Below, piece by piece: positions 40,201 through 53,510 of a stretch of 64,000 bases of DNA. Source of the stretch: Paecilomyces variotii (taxonomy: Eukaryota). Numbering within the stretch: position 1 is the first letter of the stretch; the number at the start of each line of letters is the position of its first letter. The notes beneath the pieces are model-generated. The model was not told the origin of the DNA. It did no database searches and saw nothing but the letters and a program-made list of their open reading frames with translations. The stretch lies in assembly GCA_004022145.1 (NCBI GenBank), contig RCNU01000003.1; one strand, written 5' to 3'. The position numbers and the translations under genes were made by a program.

Positions 40201-40831
40201 GTCGCTTACGTTCTGTTCTATATAGCCCGAAACTATCCACAAGGCCGTCTTCCCTGATGTTCCAGAGCCTTCGCCTTCTCTGTCTGCTGCATCGACGTAT
40301 GTGCGCTCCACTTCATCTGCTATTACTTCTGCCGAGGCTGGATTTGCCAAGAAGCTCTCCAAGGGCAAGGGCTCGACTTTCGACCCGCGTAAGCCGAAGA
40401 AGCTCACCATTTACGCTGCGAAGAAGTACCCGAGCTGGCAGGAGAAGTACATTGACCTCGTGCGCGAGGCTTTCGACGCAGTCCATCTTTCCATTAATGA
40501 CAAGGAGCTCAACCCGAAGGTGGCTAAGCTCGGCGAGATGAAGAAGGCTATGCCTTTCGTCCAGACGCTCAAGAGACGCCTGATCCAGGCCAAGGAAGCC
40601 CCTGAAATTGTGTTTGAGCGCAAGCTGCCGTTTGATGAATTCGCTGCCCTGCAGGAGATGGCCGGTTCCATTAAGAAGACCATTGGCTGCAAGGAACTGG
40701 AAATCATTGCTGTCGATGAAGGTGGTAAGACCGGCGAGGTCGTGGGCACTGGTGAGAGGAGAGAAGGTCTCTCGGCTGAGAACGCCGTTCCAGGCCAGCC
40801 TAGCTTCCAATTTGTCAACATTGAGGAGTAA
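37203..40831 (+). CDS. cdc60: Cytosolic leucyl-tRNA synthetase
   Basis: [12 protein letters not shown] (HIGH), editing motifs TLRPET and [30 protein letters not shown]; four introns, the first 37272-37342. Confidence 0.96.
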
Positions 40832-42061
40832 AGATGAATCCTCAATCTACACTATAGGTGCCCCAGGAAGCAACGCCTGCGTTATCTCAAGCTCGTGATG
40901 GTTTATGATATTGCATGCCTGAAGAAAAAGAAAAGACATGGGTAGACCTGCACTATGCCTTCATAGCAGTCCTAACTCAGGAGATAGAATACCAAATTTC
41001 TAAATACTGTAGATTCATATTATCCGAAGGTGTCGCGGAAGAAAGGAAAATACATAGTATGTCTGCTTTTCTATATAATGGCCTGACATTTCGTCTACCC
41101 CCGGCCTTCTTCTGAACGAAGAATAACCGATCATGGATGGCCTCTTCGTAGACTCGGTAAAAACATGCTTCGAGTATATAGAGTGACTGGCAAGAAAGGA
41201 GTCTAGCACGGAACATTTTGAAGTCTGGTGATGAGTTGGTTAGTTGATTCGGCTGGTCATTATTCATAGTCAGCTGGTGTATATAATGATCACAGGAATA
41301 AAACGGGTGCCTGCGTGTGTCTGCGTAATGCTGATGATAGAGTCAGGGTATCCATGTCGACTTTCAAACACGACTATCAGCGTTCCTGCAGAAGGTATAG
41401 ACCCGTGGATCTCGAGTTGCTAGATACGTAGAAAATTGATAAATCGCCGCTAAACCGTTACTGGTCAACTTGTACGATAAGTACGCATACTTACAACTCA
41501 CAACAATAGTAAACATAAATTGTGTACATGCACGTACATGAGGGTGTCCTCACTACGTATCCCCTGCGTGTCTTGCTCTTCCAACTGAATCAGCCCACTA
41601 CAATAAAGACCGAGTGGTCATGTCTCACTCACTTTATTCTTGACTTATGGCCGTGAGATCCATGTGGAGATAGCCTATCGGCGGGAGAAACCGACACTAA
41701 AGCGGGCAAATTGTCCACATGGACGCGGGGAAACATCAAAGTTCCAGTCTAGCAGCCAAAACACGCCTTCTGATAGCAGGAATATCTTTGAGATCTGCAA
41801 GATCTAATCACTAACACCCTTTTCCCAGGCAAGATTTGACTTTGTACCTCCCGGAGATTTGCCATATTCAGGGTAGTGTATACTCTTAGACCTGGAGCTG
41901 ATTGCTGCCGTGCCTGTTCCTCTACTGAGATGCGTACACAGGCCTGGGAACTAGTAATCTGACCAGTGTGTTTCACAAGATACTTGTGGCTTGGCAGTTT
42001 GATTGGGGATATGATCGACGATATCTTCCTCCTTGGACTTCATCGCGGTCAGGCCATGAGT

Positions 42062-42141
42062 CGGATAAATACAGTACAGCGTTTTAAATGCCTTCTCTAC
42101 GGGAACCCCACCTGGGACAGGGGCGGAGGGAATGTATAAAA
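42062..42141 (+). promoter_or_regulatory. AraR/XlnR-type site CGGATAAA, CreA-type SYGGRG sites and TATA box upstream of the GH51 gene
   Basis: CGGATAAA at 42062-42069, GCGGAG near 42123, TATAAAA near 42135. More SYGGRG matches near 41665, 41725 and 41892. Confidence 0.5.
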
Positions 42142-42217
42142 GGATGCAGTATCATCAGAGAGAATTGCCTTGTGATCCAGCGCGGGCATCTCCAGTAGAG
42201 CAACTTCAGGTATTGAA

Positions 42218-44486
42218 ATGAGTTCAATTGCTGGTCTCCTAGGGCTCTGTGCCCTGGGTGTTCTGACTCAAGGAGCTCGCAGCATTAGTCTGAGTGTGAA
42301 TCCTGATGGCGGAAATGTTTCAAGTCCTCTGTTGTATGGGTTTATGTTTGAGGTATAACCTTCTTTTTCTCTAATGAACAACAATCTGACGCTACTACTT
42401 AGGATATCAATCATTCAGGAGACGGTGGTATTCACGGACAGCTTCTCCAAAACAATGGGTTCCAGGGAGACAGTCCGAACCTGACAGCATATGCCGCAGT
42501 CGGAGATGTTTCCCTCGCTGTGGATTTTGATAACCCATTGACTTCTGCCATCACCAGGTCCCTGAGGGTTGATGTTCCGTCAAATACTACGGGACAAGTC
42601 GGTTTCAGCAACGAAGGATACTGGGGAATCCCCGTTGACGGAACTACCTATACCAGTTACTTTTTCATGAAAGGTAACTATAGCGGAGATGTCACCATCA
42701 AACTCGTCGGTACGACTAGTGGAATCGAATATGGAAAGAGCACATTGCAAGTCAACAGCGGTGATAAGTTTGCGGAGTTCAACACTTCGTTCCCTACTAC
42801 GCGTGCGCCTGACGGTGATGTGCTTTACACCTTGACTTTTGACGGGGCACAAGCTGCAGGAGACTCACTGTGGTTTGATCTGGTTATGCTGTATCCGACT
42901 ACCTACAAGAACCGGTAAGCGCTGTAGTGCCTTCTGATCTATATGGTTACCCATTCTGACCGGCACTAGGTATAATGGTCTGAAGACGCAAATAGTCGAT
43001 GTCCTCAATGCAGTTAAGGGCTCTTTCCTGAGGTTCCCTGGCGGTAATAATTTGTATGGTTCTCTTCTATGATACCAATATCTTGTCTCTGACTGCGAGT
43101 AGGGAGGGTGTCAGCCCATCTGACCGCTGGAAATGGAACGAGACTGTCGGTCCTCTTGAAAATAGACCTGGTCGTGAAGGTCTGTGCTTTGGAACACCTG
43201 CTCAGTGTGAAGTTGGGGCTGACAATCCCTCCAGGAGACTGGACTTATCCTAACACGGATGCTCTGGGGCTTGACGAGTACTTCTACTGGTGCGAGGACA
43301 TGGATCTGGAACCTGTCCTCGGTGTCTGGGCAGGATTCTCGCTAGGTGGTGGTGGTGGCACTCCACTCACGGGAGACGCCCTGCAACCCTATATTGATGA
43401 TGTTCTGAACGAACTAGAAGTATGCTGTCGTCTCCAGAGACAGAGTGAATCCCCTGCTCACCAGATGGCAGTACATCCTTGGAGATTCGAGTTCCCAATA
43501 CGGTGCATGGAGAGTCGCCAACATCGGCCGGACAGAGCCATGGCCTTTGACGATGGTGGAAATCGGAAACGAGGATAACCTCGGCGGTGGCTGCGCCAGC
43601 TACCCGGAGCGATTCCAAAGATTCCACGACGCAATCAAGGACCAGTACCCGCAATTGAGGATTATAGCAAGCACTTCAAACTCGACCTGTCTGCCCGACC
43701 CGCTACCCGAAGGTGTCTGGACGGACTATCACAACTACAACACGCCTGAGAACTTCTACGACGAATTCGACTTTTTCGACAATGTGGACCGTAGCTTTCC
43801 TTACTTTGTGGGGGAATACTCCCGCTGGGAAATCGACTGGCCCAACATGCAAGGCTCCGTCAGCGAGGCCATCTGGATGCTGGGCATGGAGAGGAACAGT
43901 GACGTTGTCAAGATGGCAGCGTACGCTCCAACGCTCAACCTAGTCAACTCGACTCAGTGGACTGTAAGTGCTGCATATGAAAGGTATCTGATCCTTAACA
44001 TACAACGGACTGACTGAGCCGATCTACAGCCTGACCTGATTGCGTTCAACCAAAATCCAACAGACGGTGTGTTCCTCACCACTAGTTACTATGTCCAGCA
44101 ACTATTCTCAACCAACCGCGGCGACACCATTAAGGAGGTTACTTCCGACAGTGACTTTGGCCCCGTCTTTTGGTGTGCCTCCAGCAAAGGCTCAACTTAC
44201 TACGTGAAGCTGGCCAACTATGGTCAAGATACCCAGTCTCTTAATGTGACCATTCCCGACAAAACGACTGCCACTCTGACCTACGTCGCGAACGACGACC
44301 CCAATGCGTATAACAGTGACGAGCAGCACCCAGGTGAGCATAGCCTCAATCCATCCGCTGCTCCTAGAGTGAACTTCCATATACTAACGGACATCAGTCT
44401 CTCCAGTCACAAAGACCTTGACTGGAAACGGCACGTTTAGCTTTACACTTCCCGCTTGGGCTGTGGCTGTTTTGGCTGCCAACTAA
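42218..44486 (+). CDS. Secreted GH51 alpha-L-arabinofuranosidase (AbfA-like)
   Basis: Signal-peptide-like N-terminus, YGFMFE/DINHSGDGG, FLRFPGGNNL/EG, VEIGNED, FVGEY, GMERNSDVVKMAAYAP; seven introns that reconstruct in frame; TAA at 44486. Confidence 0.92.
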
Positions 44487-46043
44487 ATCAAGTAAATACG
44501 CACACAAAGTATATAATATATCCAGGATAAATTGAATATGCGAAGGATGAATATATTCCACATATATACCCTCTATTGATATCAAACAATCTATGTCTTT
44601 AAGATCAATCGTAGATATACCATCAGGAATCTTCAGGAGAACCATTAGGTACCTAGCCAAAGATGAAATCTCAATCATTGTATGCACCCCGCGGTCCATC
44701 TCACCGTCATCCCTGTCTGCATATGCAGCAGGATTGCTTCTCGAGATTCGTATTGCATAGAACTAATACACCAGACGTAGGTAAAAGACTAAACGTCCTG
44801 AAAATTGTTAATCTTGCGGGGTAAATCACCAGTCGGGTAAATCTGGCTCTAAAAGTTGAGAGAAATTAACCGATAGGGACGCCAATCCGGGGGAATAAGT
44901 TTTTAGGTTCATTTAGCGTAGTTACTGTATTCAGGAAAGAAGAAGCTGGACAAGATGCACATGGAATGTGTCCTTTCTATAATTCCACGGGACTATAATA
45001 TGTGATTCCCATCGAATTTAAATAATGCACTGTCTTCAAATCCTGCTTTATCAGTAGTGAGAAAATCAGTGTACTGCACTTGTGTCTTACGCATTAAGTA
45101 CAGTATCTCAGGCTATGATGTCATGCGCAAAATGTACATACATACTGTACATAACAGTTACTAACAGATCCTACAAACTTCGTGTCACTATGCTGAGCAT
45201 CCTTTGACACGATGATGGTTTCGAGAAGATCATCCCAGCTATTACGAAGACACGACTGTTAAAGTTCTTTGGGTTACCGTCTCAGATAGCATCATTAGGG
45301 TACGTGGATTCTCGGAGTCACCGAATTAAGAGCATGAGTGGTTTCTCTATATTCTCGTTTATAGATGATTACGGTGCTTCTGTCTGTCTAGGTGATAAAA
45401 AGGTATAGAACACTTCCACCAATACAGGATCAGAGCAGACATGCCGGAAGTAGGAATAGTAGCGGATGCACTGCTTCAGGCAGCAATTAATCACGATGAA
45501 CTCCGTTGGCATAAACCGTATCAAGTACTTTTCTACCATTTTTGTTTCAGTGGTCTTAGATCCTGATATGTTCTGGGAGCGAAGCTCGTTGAGCTTGAAT
45601 TCTCTAGCAACTAGCTCAGCCTATTTACCTACGTGGGTGGAGTTAGAAGGCGTGGGAGAAAGCCGACAGGAGGCCTGCATGTAGGCAGGCTCCGACGTAG
45701 GTTCTGCCTGCTGCAAGGGGATGTCATAGCAGGTCATCTGCTCTTATTCTTTGTGTGTGAAGGCTGTCAATGCCGTTCAGCCCTCGACTTGGGATGCCTG
45801 CTAGGATACAGTGAATATACCGTTCTTTATTCTTCAACAAGCGGTACTTCCCGGCAGACAGTAATAAATAACTAAAAGGAACACACACATTAGCTGTTAA
45901 AATCTATCCTGGTAGCTGAATATTGATCTTTCCATCATCAGAAAATCTCTCTCAACATACTTTACCTGTTGGTCACCGAACGGTAAAGCTCATAACTCCT
46001 CCAGTTCTCTCCTTATTCGCAGAACATTAGCGTCATATCAAAG

Positions 46044-47123
46044 ATGTCTGAGAAAGCAGCAAAGTGTCCATTCTGCCCGTATGATAGTACCTATGACAAA
46101 ACTAGCCTCCGGGAGCACCTAAGTCAGTATACGGCTACATGCCGTATCCCTGCTGACGGGGTCCACGATGTCCTGCAGATCCAGGAAATGCTCCACCCTG
46201 GGTTCAAGTACTGGTGCCAGTATCGATGCCCAGGCTGCTCAAAGGTGATCAACTCTCGACGCCGGTTCATCGAACACGTCTTGAAGCTGGATCATTATGG
46301 AAGGTACGGGGGTAGGACGCGTCGAAGATACCATGACGACGAAGATGAAGAGCACCCTTGGCCACTGCCGTTCAAAAAGAAGGATGTTGCCATTCCTAAG
46401 TGGACAGGAGTGTTTGACTTCCTTCGCTTGCCTTATGGTAAGTGGAGTGAATAAACTCGGAGAGGATATAACCGTTCAATAACACTGCGTTTTTTTTACT
46501 GAAGCTGGACTTCTTTGCTAACATGCCATTATACATTCAAATCAGATATCCGCTACATCATATACAAATACGTTCTATTTTTCGGGGACATCATGTTAGA
46601 ACAACGGAAACCCGCGGAGATCGTCCGTCCAACTAGACGTGACGGGAAGCATATATGGCTTCAGTATAACCCATGCTGGAACTCGCTTTCTCTCTTAGCC
46701 GTCAATCGTCAGCTCTACGACGAGGGGCGACAGGTATTCTATGGACTCAACTCTTTTGCCTTCGTGAAAACAGATGATATTCCGATCTTTCTGCTTGGTA
46801 TCGGACGGGGGAACGCGGGACTTCTTCAATCAGTGCAATGGAAGAACAAGGAAGGCAGATATGAGAACCAGATCGACGTTATTCGCTCATGTATGACGCG
46901 GGCAGGAGGGGCAGACAAGGCGCTTGAGGAGGTACCGGATATCTGGAATGACGACGACATCTTTGAAAATCTCCTGCATGTGCTCAGGGTCACGGATCCT
47001 CCCTTTCCGTGTCTGATGCGGCTGGACGCAAAGGACAAACCAAAAAAAACCGCCGTACCGGAAGCGCTATATCCTGGACTTTGTATTCAAAAAAGTCGAC
47101 AATGGTTTCTCATGGGAATCTGA
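46044..47123 (+). CDS. Hypothetical protein with two C2H2-like Zn-finger motifs and an F-box-like (FLRLPYDIRYIIY) module
   Basis: CPFC..H and CPGC..H..H motifs. Intron 46438-46545 joins FDFLRLPY/DIRYIIYKYVL; SLLAVNRQLYDEGRQVFYG is typical of this fungal orphan class. The 3' end is uncertain. Confidence 0.65.
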
Positions 47124-48568
47124 TCGAGATGGGGCGGTTTGGTTTGAGTTCTATCAGCGCTGGGGAAGGTGCATCTAGCAGCCAACAGACCCAGTCGTGT
47201 CCCTTGCGTCCACTCAGCCAGGAATCTTATCCGTTGAGAACCGATATGCCCATTGCTCTTGAATTTATTCAACTTTATTGGTGCCGTTTCGGCAGAATTG
47301 GAATAATCCAAATCCAAATTAGGGATATTTGACGTCCTTTGCGAAATACCACCTTGATCTCTACGGGCCACGTCATGCACGGGTCTTGTCCTACTGGTGG
47401 TCCTCCAGGAACAATACAGAAACAAAAAAGCAGTGATGGTAACTCGACCAATTGGTCAATGAGGAATTCCTATGTGAGACAGCCATTCTGGAACTGAATC
47501 TTAATCATGAAATGGATCTACCTGTAGGTCCAAGTAATACTTGAGTAAGTGTCAGTAGAGGCAACATACAGATCGTCTGTTTCGTCAAATTTAGATGACT
47601 GAATACTTAAAGACGATATGGTATGATCTGTTTTACTTCCGTCACTCCCTCCAGGGAAATTGAACGTAGATTCATCTAAACGGGACTGAAGATTGGTGCA
47701 ACTCCAGGCTGAGAGGCGATAGGGGGTTCCGTACGGTAGAAACCGTATAGGAAAGTAGACTATCCATAGACATTTCCTAGAGATCAATCTTCCTTTTTTC
47801 CTTAAAAGTATGCCAGATCTCCTCAAGCCCTCTCGGCTTTTCGCACCGCAGAATTTTGTGGGTTTCGCATTGCGCCATCATATCATGTACACGCGACAGA
47901 GTATCTAATCGACATGGCCTCTGTACGTACATACCAAAATGAATCTGCTAATCTCATCCCATGCCCCAGACCAGCGACGGTATCCTCGTTTAAATACAGT
48001 ATCAAAATATGGGATAAAATCTTACTCACCCCGTCTCTGTTCTAATTAACCGAGATACCAGATACTCCAGGGGCAAATGACACCAAGCAACTTAAGTATA
48101 TAACCGAACAATGGCGACTTTGCCTTCCGAACCTTTTTCTCCGAGTTGGATTTTGTTTTCCTGAATGTAGAAATTTGCTCTGATTCGTGGTAAATACTTT
48201 TCGCGCTGTTCTTACAGGCTATTTTCGACTGATTGGGTTATGTTCGTTTCTCGTGTTGAGATGTGGGCAATTGCAGGTCTTAGATCTGTAAAATGCCGGT
48301 GTTCTCTATTGTGGGGAGCAATAGTTGGTTTTCATCACCTACTAGTAACTTCTAGCCTTGAAACGGGTTGTGTCCGTCTGTCTTTCAGTTGTTGTGGTCA
48401 CTCACGCCTATTTAACCTGCCAATATGTCCTATCCAAATTATCGCTTTTAAGTAGTAAAGAAACGCTTGTCCATTATCATTACTTATGTACAAATGCAGA
48501 GTATATGTATAACGTTGTTTCCTAACTCGTTATGTGGTTACTGCGAGAAGAGAAGATCGGCTAATATT

Positions 48569-51103
48569 TCATAGTGCCAGTCCAGTACCATTCCTTGTCC
48601 ACCGATATAGTGCCAGCACGGCCTTCCTGCGATGCAAGATGTCGCTGTGGTTGACGGGACGCCCCCGGGCTTGAGCAACTGCACTCCGCATAACCTGCCT
48701 GAAATTCCTCTGATACTCCGTGTTCAATGTCACCACGCAAGATTCAGTCGCACGGATAACAACTTCGCATGCCTTTAGAATACCTTCCCCAGCCTCCTTT
48801 TGGAGACGATCCACGATGAGAAGGAGCAGGAAACTGCCTTGAAGCAGCTGGATACCAAAGAAATACGGCATGAAGCTCACATCAGGGTCGAAACGGAGGA
48901 TTTGCTCGACGAAGTCGGCAGCACTAAGAGCATGCGAGATTGTAGAGGCAAACGCCGGCGAGGATGTCCAGAAGTCCTGGTCCTCGAGAAGGGTAACTGG
49001 ATCCCATTTTCCGACAAGAAGGATGTGTAGGACATGTACTAAGTAGGAAGCGTAGGCAGTAACTGTCTGTATATGCCACGACTGCGAAAAGAAGTCTTGT
49101 GCCGCGCTTGGTTGCCTATTAGGGACTGCTTCCTCTATTGGGCTTGTTTGCTGAGGTACTGTGTCCGGCTGGAAGTTTGACCCAGGCGCACCTTCGACAT
49201 CTGGGTTCTTAGAGGGAAACGCGGCGAGACTGGTCTTGTAGATGTCGAGTTGCCGTAGGATCTCGTTCACTTGGATGTCCCATGCCTCCTTCCCCTGTAG
49301 ACGCAGGCCTAGAATAGGATGGTTTTTTGCTTGGTTAAGATTGATCAGTTCCCCCGTTATAGTCATAAGAGGCAGGAAGAAGCCGAATAAAGACGGATCA
49401 TTGCAGCGGAAATCGGGGAATACCCTGCGCTTGTTCTTGTCTCCCATGATCGAGCATTGTGGGCCGTCAGCTTTCGGACTGTTGCTGTGTATAATCCCTG
49501 CCTGCCAGGAACCCTCGTCCAGAGGTAACAGAGAATCTTCACACTCACTATCCAATAGTGCCAAAGGTCGGTTGTAGCATAAGGCCAGGTGTCGGTCCAT
49601 AATGTATAATAGCCACCATGTTCGACGCCTTTCTTCTCGATATTCCTCGGTTATGGGGTTGAGGGGACCACGCGTTCTCGTGCACACGCAATTCAAGCTT
49701 GGTCGACCTTGGCCAGTGAATTGAAAGTAGTCGAGATTCTGCGCAGCGTCCATGCCGCCATTCTCTCCAAAGTAGAATGGGTCATTCATGCTTTCCATAG
49801 AACTGGCCTTGAAATCAGCGTCCAGCTCCTGATTCAGCTTGAGTTCTCTTGCTAATGTGAAGGCGGCGTGCCACCATCTCATACTTGCAGCTTTCTGCTC
49901 ACTAGCTGATATGATTGAAGCCACATGCATATACGTGATAACATCGTCTAGAGACCCTGCCGGACCGACCAGCCCTCGATCGTCACCGCCCGCGCCCTCG
50001 AAGGACTGAGCCCTCGTCGTAGGAGCTTCGAAGATCGCAGAGGGAGATGAATGATCATTACCAAAGGTCGGAATGCCCTCCCCTTTGAAAGCGACATGTA
50101 TCAATGGCCTCAGAAGTCGAATGGTAAGAGCGCAGAGGAACTGGCAGATTTTTCTCCGCCTCGATGGCGAAATCGATAAGCCAAAAGCACGGTCATCTAG
50201 AGCAGCTACCCAAAGCATACTTGCCAGAAGGGCAGGACTGCTCGGGCGCGGATAATCCCTCGTAAGGAAGGATGCCTTCCTGAGGACATAGCAATGAATA
50301 TGGTGGCAGACAGGATGCATGCAGGTAGAAAAGGCGCTTGTAAAATAGAGTTCCAGCAGATCACAGATGAGATTGGCAGGTAGATGATGTTCCACAAAAG
50401 GCATTAGAGGTTGCAACACTGGGTACTTCAAAGACGACTGGATGGAGCCTTGTCGGACACTTTGGCCCATGTTGAATGAAGAAACTCCTCTGAGTAACGG
50501 GTAACCACCAATTTCAGTTGTTCCCAGCATATCCACCGGGTCAGGAAATGGCCCACTGGGAGAGCCTATTCCTGCTAACCACCCTGATGAATAAGGCACG
50601 TAGGATACATTCTGAGTTGAAGGCCAGACGTCACCGACACTGCCTCCGCTAGCTTCACCTCCTTGAGGCGAAGTCTCTGGATGCACGACTGGAGGCTGTT
50701 CTTCGGGTGAAGCAGATGGGGGCAATTCTCCGTTCAACGCAGGCGACCTGCGCGAATCTGACGCCACTGAGATTTTTCGAGATAATGATTCTGCATGTTC
50801 CGAAGACTTTTCTTTCCGAGTTTCAGCATGTGCGACATTGTTGGACGTGCTTGCAGCGGCCTTGGAAACGGCTCGTGGAATTCGCCCGCGTTTTCTGAGT
50901 TCTCTGGTGAACTCACACCTGACATGCGAATCCAAGCAGCGTCTGCAGGGGAAAACTAGATCACACTTGACGCGTCGAGCGTGGCATACATCGCACGCCA
51001 CGCGATTTCTTCTGCGGCGGCGTTTGACCCCACCGGATTGGCCGCTGGCAACTCCCTGAGAGGATGTCGACTGCGGATCTGCCACATCCTTAGGATCCAT
51101 CAT
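48569..51103 (-). CDS. araR: Zn(II)2Cys6 transcription factor of the XlnR/AraR family, most like AraR
   Basis: [77 protein letters not shown], and C-terminus [28 protein letters not shown]. Single 844-aa ORF. Confidence 0.85.
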   Translation of the reverse strand: MMDPKDVADPQSTSSQGVASGQSGGVKRRRRRNRVACDVCHARRVKCDLVFPCRRCLDSHVRCEFTRELRKRGRIPRAVSKAAASTSNNVAHAETRKEKSSEHAESLSRKISVASDSRRSPALNGELPPSASPEEQPPVVHPETSPQGGEASGGSVGDVWPSTQNVSYVPYSSGWLAGIGSPSGPFPDPVDMLGTTEIGGYPLLRGVSSFNMGQSVRQGSIQSSLKYPVLQPLMPFVEHHLPANLICDLLELYFTSAFSTCMHPVCHHIHCYVLRKASFLTRDYPRPSSPALLASMLWVAALDDRAFGLSISPSRRRKICQFLCALTIRLLRPLIHVAFKGEGIPTFGNDHSSPSAIFEAPTTRAQSFEGAGGDDRGLVGPAGSLDDVITYMHVASIISASEQKAASMRWWHAAFTLARELKLNQELDADFKASSMESMNDPFYFGENGGMDAAQNLDYFQFTGQGRPSLNCVCTRTRGPLNPITEEYREERRRTWWLLYIMDRHLALCYNRPLALLDSECEDSLLPLDEGSWQAGIIHSNSPKADGPQCSIMGDKNKRRVFPDFRCNDPSLFGFFLPLMTITGELINLNQAKNHPILGLRLQGKEAWDIQVNEILRQLDIYKTSLAAFPSKNPDVEGAPGSNFQPDTVPQQTSPIEEAVPNRQPSAAQDFFSQSWHIQTVTAYASYLVHVLHILLVGKWDPVTLLEDQDFWTSSPAFASTISHALSAADFVEQILRFDPDVSFMPYFFGIQLLQGSFLLLLIVDRLQKEAGEGILKACEVVIRATESCVVTLNTEYQRNFRQVMRSAVAQARGRPVNHSDILHRRKAVLALYRWTRNGTGLAL

Positions 51104-51699
51104 GATAGACTATGCCTACTGGCAATGCTGATGCTGATGCTGCCAATGTAGCGCGATGTCGAATATCTGATCACACCATCCAGGGCATCAGATCCGATCT
51201 TCGGAGAGATCTGGAGCGAGATCCAACCCAGACATCAACCAGCAGTATGGCAACGGCCTTAAGTTGTTCGATAGGATTTCATGTGCGTAATCGGCGTATC
51301 CATATCCTGAAGCATTATCGGTCCTGGAAGACAAATGACCGTCGCTCTCGCGCTGTCGAATCAAGAAGACAGCGGCAGAGATGTACGGACAGGACAGTAC
51401 ATGTAAGTAAGTACGTTTCCGGGGTCTCCGCACGTGGACTTTTGCGGGGTTTCTTTTCTCCCCGGCCGGTCAAATCTGCCCGTTCTGGACTCAATATAGA
51501 ACGTGTCTAGCAAATTATCTACGAGACTCGGGGGCCTGTCTTAAGTCTAAGGATTATCTTTCTACTTTGCGGCGAAATCTCAGCGCAGCAGATTCAGGAT
51601 TCAAAAATGGACCCAACAGACGCAGTATGCTCCTCGCACAAGCATTATTGGCACGGAACCTTCCCTACTTAGGTAGTTAATGTGGCCTGGAAAACAAAG

Positions 51700-53510
51700 T
51701 CAATTCTTCCTTGGTGAAAGCCGTACATTGATTCCTTCCTGTCTCACGAACCAGCTGTTCTGGATCTTCCACTCTTGCTGTGGGTCGGCCAGCTGCATCT
51801 GTCAAGTTAAGTATTATTAGTTCAGTTTCTCCTGTAGAACCGCTCTAGGGGTCGCCTGCTTACGTGAAAAGCTAAGACGAAAGTCGCAACTGTCTTGTAT
51901 ATCTCGAGCAGAGCCAGATTCTTGCCAATACACACACGACTTCCGGCGCCAAATGTCAAGTCACTGCGATTCATCCGTTTACGGCGAGTCTCGTAATTCG
52001 CATCTGTCTCGTCCACCTGCTGGAGCCATCTGTCGGGACGGAAGACCTCCGCATCAGGGCCGAAGACATCTCGGTTCGAACTGGTGACCCAGGGATTTAT
52101 GCCTACTTTGACGCCCTTAGGAATATAATGACCATCGGCAGACAGCCCGCTTTCCGGAACATACCGCTCCAGAGGCATCCCTACGCCTGGATGCATGCGC
52201 ATCGCCTCGCGTATCACAGCGTCCAGGTAAGGAAGAGCGCGGGCATCTTTGTACGAGACCGGAGTTGAAAGTTTTGATGCATCAATCTCCTCTTGGAGTT
52301 GTCGGTACACTTGCGGGTTTTTCAGGATATAGTAAAAGACAGAACGAAGGGTAATAGCGGTCGTATCGGCACCGGCGATCATGTTTATCAGAAGGTACGA
52401 GACGACTCTGCCATCGTCCACTGTATCTGGATTTTTCTTCTGTTCCTCTAGAAACTTGTCGAGGAAGTCAGGATTGGATGCACTGTGACATTTGCTTCCT
52501 GAGCGGCGTTCTTGGAGACAGTTGATCGTCATATCGGTAATGAAGTTAAATCCAAGACGGCCCAACTGAAATGCTCTGTCCATCGCACGGACTATAGGGT
52601 TCTTGTCGAGAATGAAATCGAGAAATGGTATCTGGCCCACCACGGCGAAATAATCGAGGGCTCTTTCGGAAACCATGATGGTGTTGCCAATGTCAGTGGC
52701 CTTCTCGAGAAAGCCGAACGGGGTACTGAATGTAACCTCACCCACGACGTCCCAGGCATCTGTATACTCTCCCTGTTAGCATGACCTGTCACCGATTGGA
52801 AGACCGCTGTGAGGCATACAGTAAGACAGCCAGGTAGCCAGGTCGCAGATACCATCTTTATTTCTTCCCATTATAAATTCTTGATCCAACCTCTGGATGA
52901 AGTAAGAGATGGTATTATTAATGTGAGGCTCTAGGTCACGCAGGCCATTCTGGCTATATAACTGAGCGATGGGTCGTTTCATCTGGGCATGCCGCACATT
53001 ATCTGTCTCGCTAAAAAGAGTATAGATGATCTTCCCGTCCTGGAAGACGCTGTTCGAGTGATAGAAATCGGTCTGCAAAGTTACAGACGTCAGCTCTCCG
53101 TTGAAGAATTCCATGCATCCCAGATTTCAGACCTTAAGCCAATCCCCGTTAATACCATAGAGAGTTGCGATGAGAGCTGGATCACCGAGGCTGACCATGT
53201 TTGGACCCAAACGAACTACCGGGCCATATTTCTCGTGTAACAGCTTCTGGGTGAGTTCGCAGCGTCCGCCCCATACATCAAAAAGACGCCAAAGATTGGT
53301 CCATTCTAAAGAACGCGTAGATGTGATTAGCACAATGGTTTAGATGAAGTGGAGAAAGTATCTCAGCTCTATATACTTACTAGCCAGGAAAGGCCCGGGG
53401 ATACTGTTCAAAGGAGACGCTAAAACTTTCCATACCCAGTGAGCGAGAAAGCAAAACAAAAACACAAGACATGCTTTCTCTATGGTAACGTCTATTGGAA
53501 TGATGGCCAT
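51700..53510 (-). CDS. Cytochrome P450 (pisatin-demethylase-like group)
   Basis: TM anchor followed by IPGP, HEKYGPVVRLGPN, I-helix AGADTT, EAMR, FRPDRW, heme motif FGAGSRVCIG; four introns reconstruct in frame. Confidence 0.92.

Noticed and set aside
37203-40831. LeuRS as a self-resistance gene for the adjacent P450/aminotransferase island
   Set aside because: It sits in a housekeeping context with normal catalytic and editing motifs and a CpcA site; nothing here indicates a duplicate copy or a backbone synthase.
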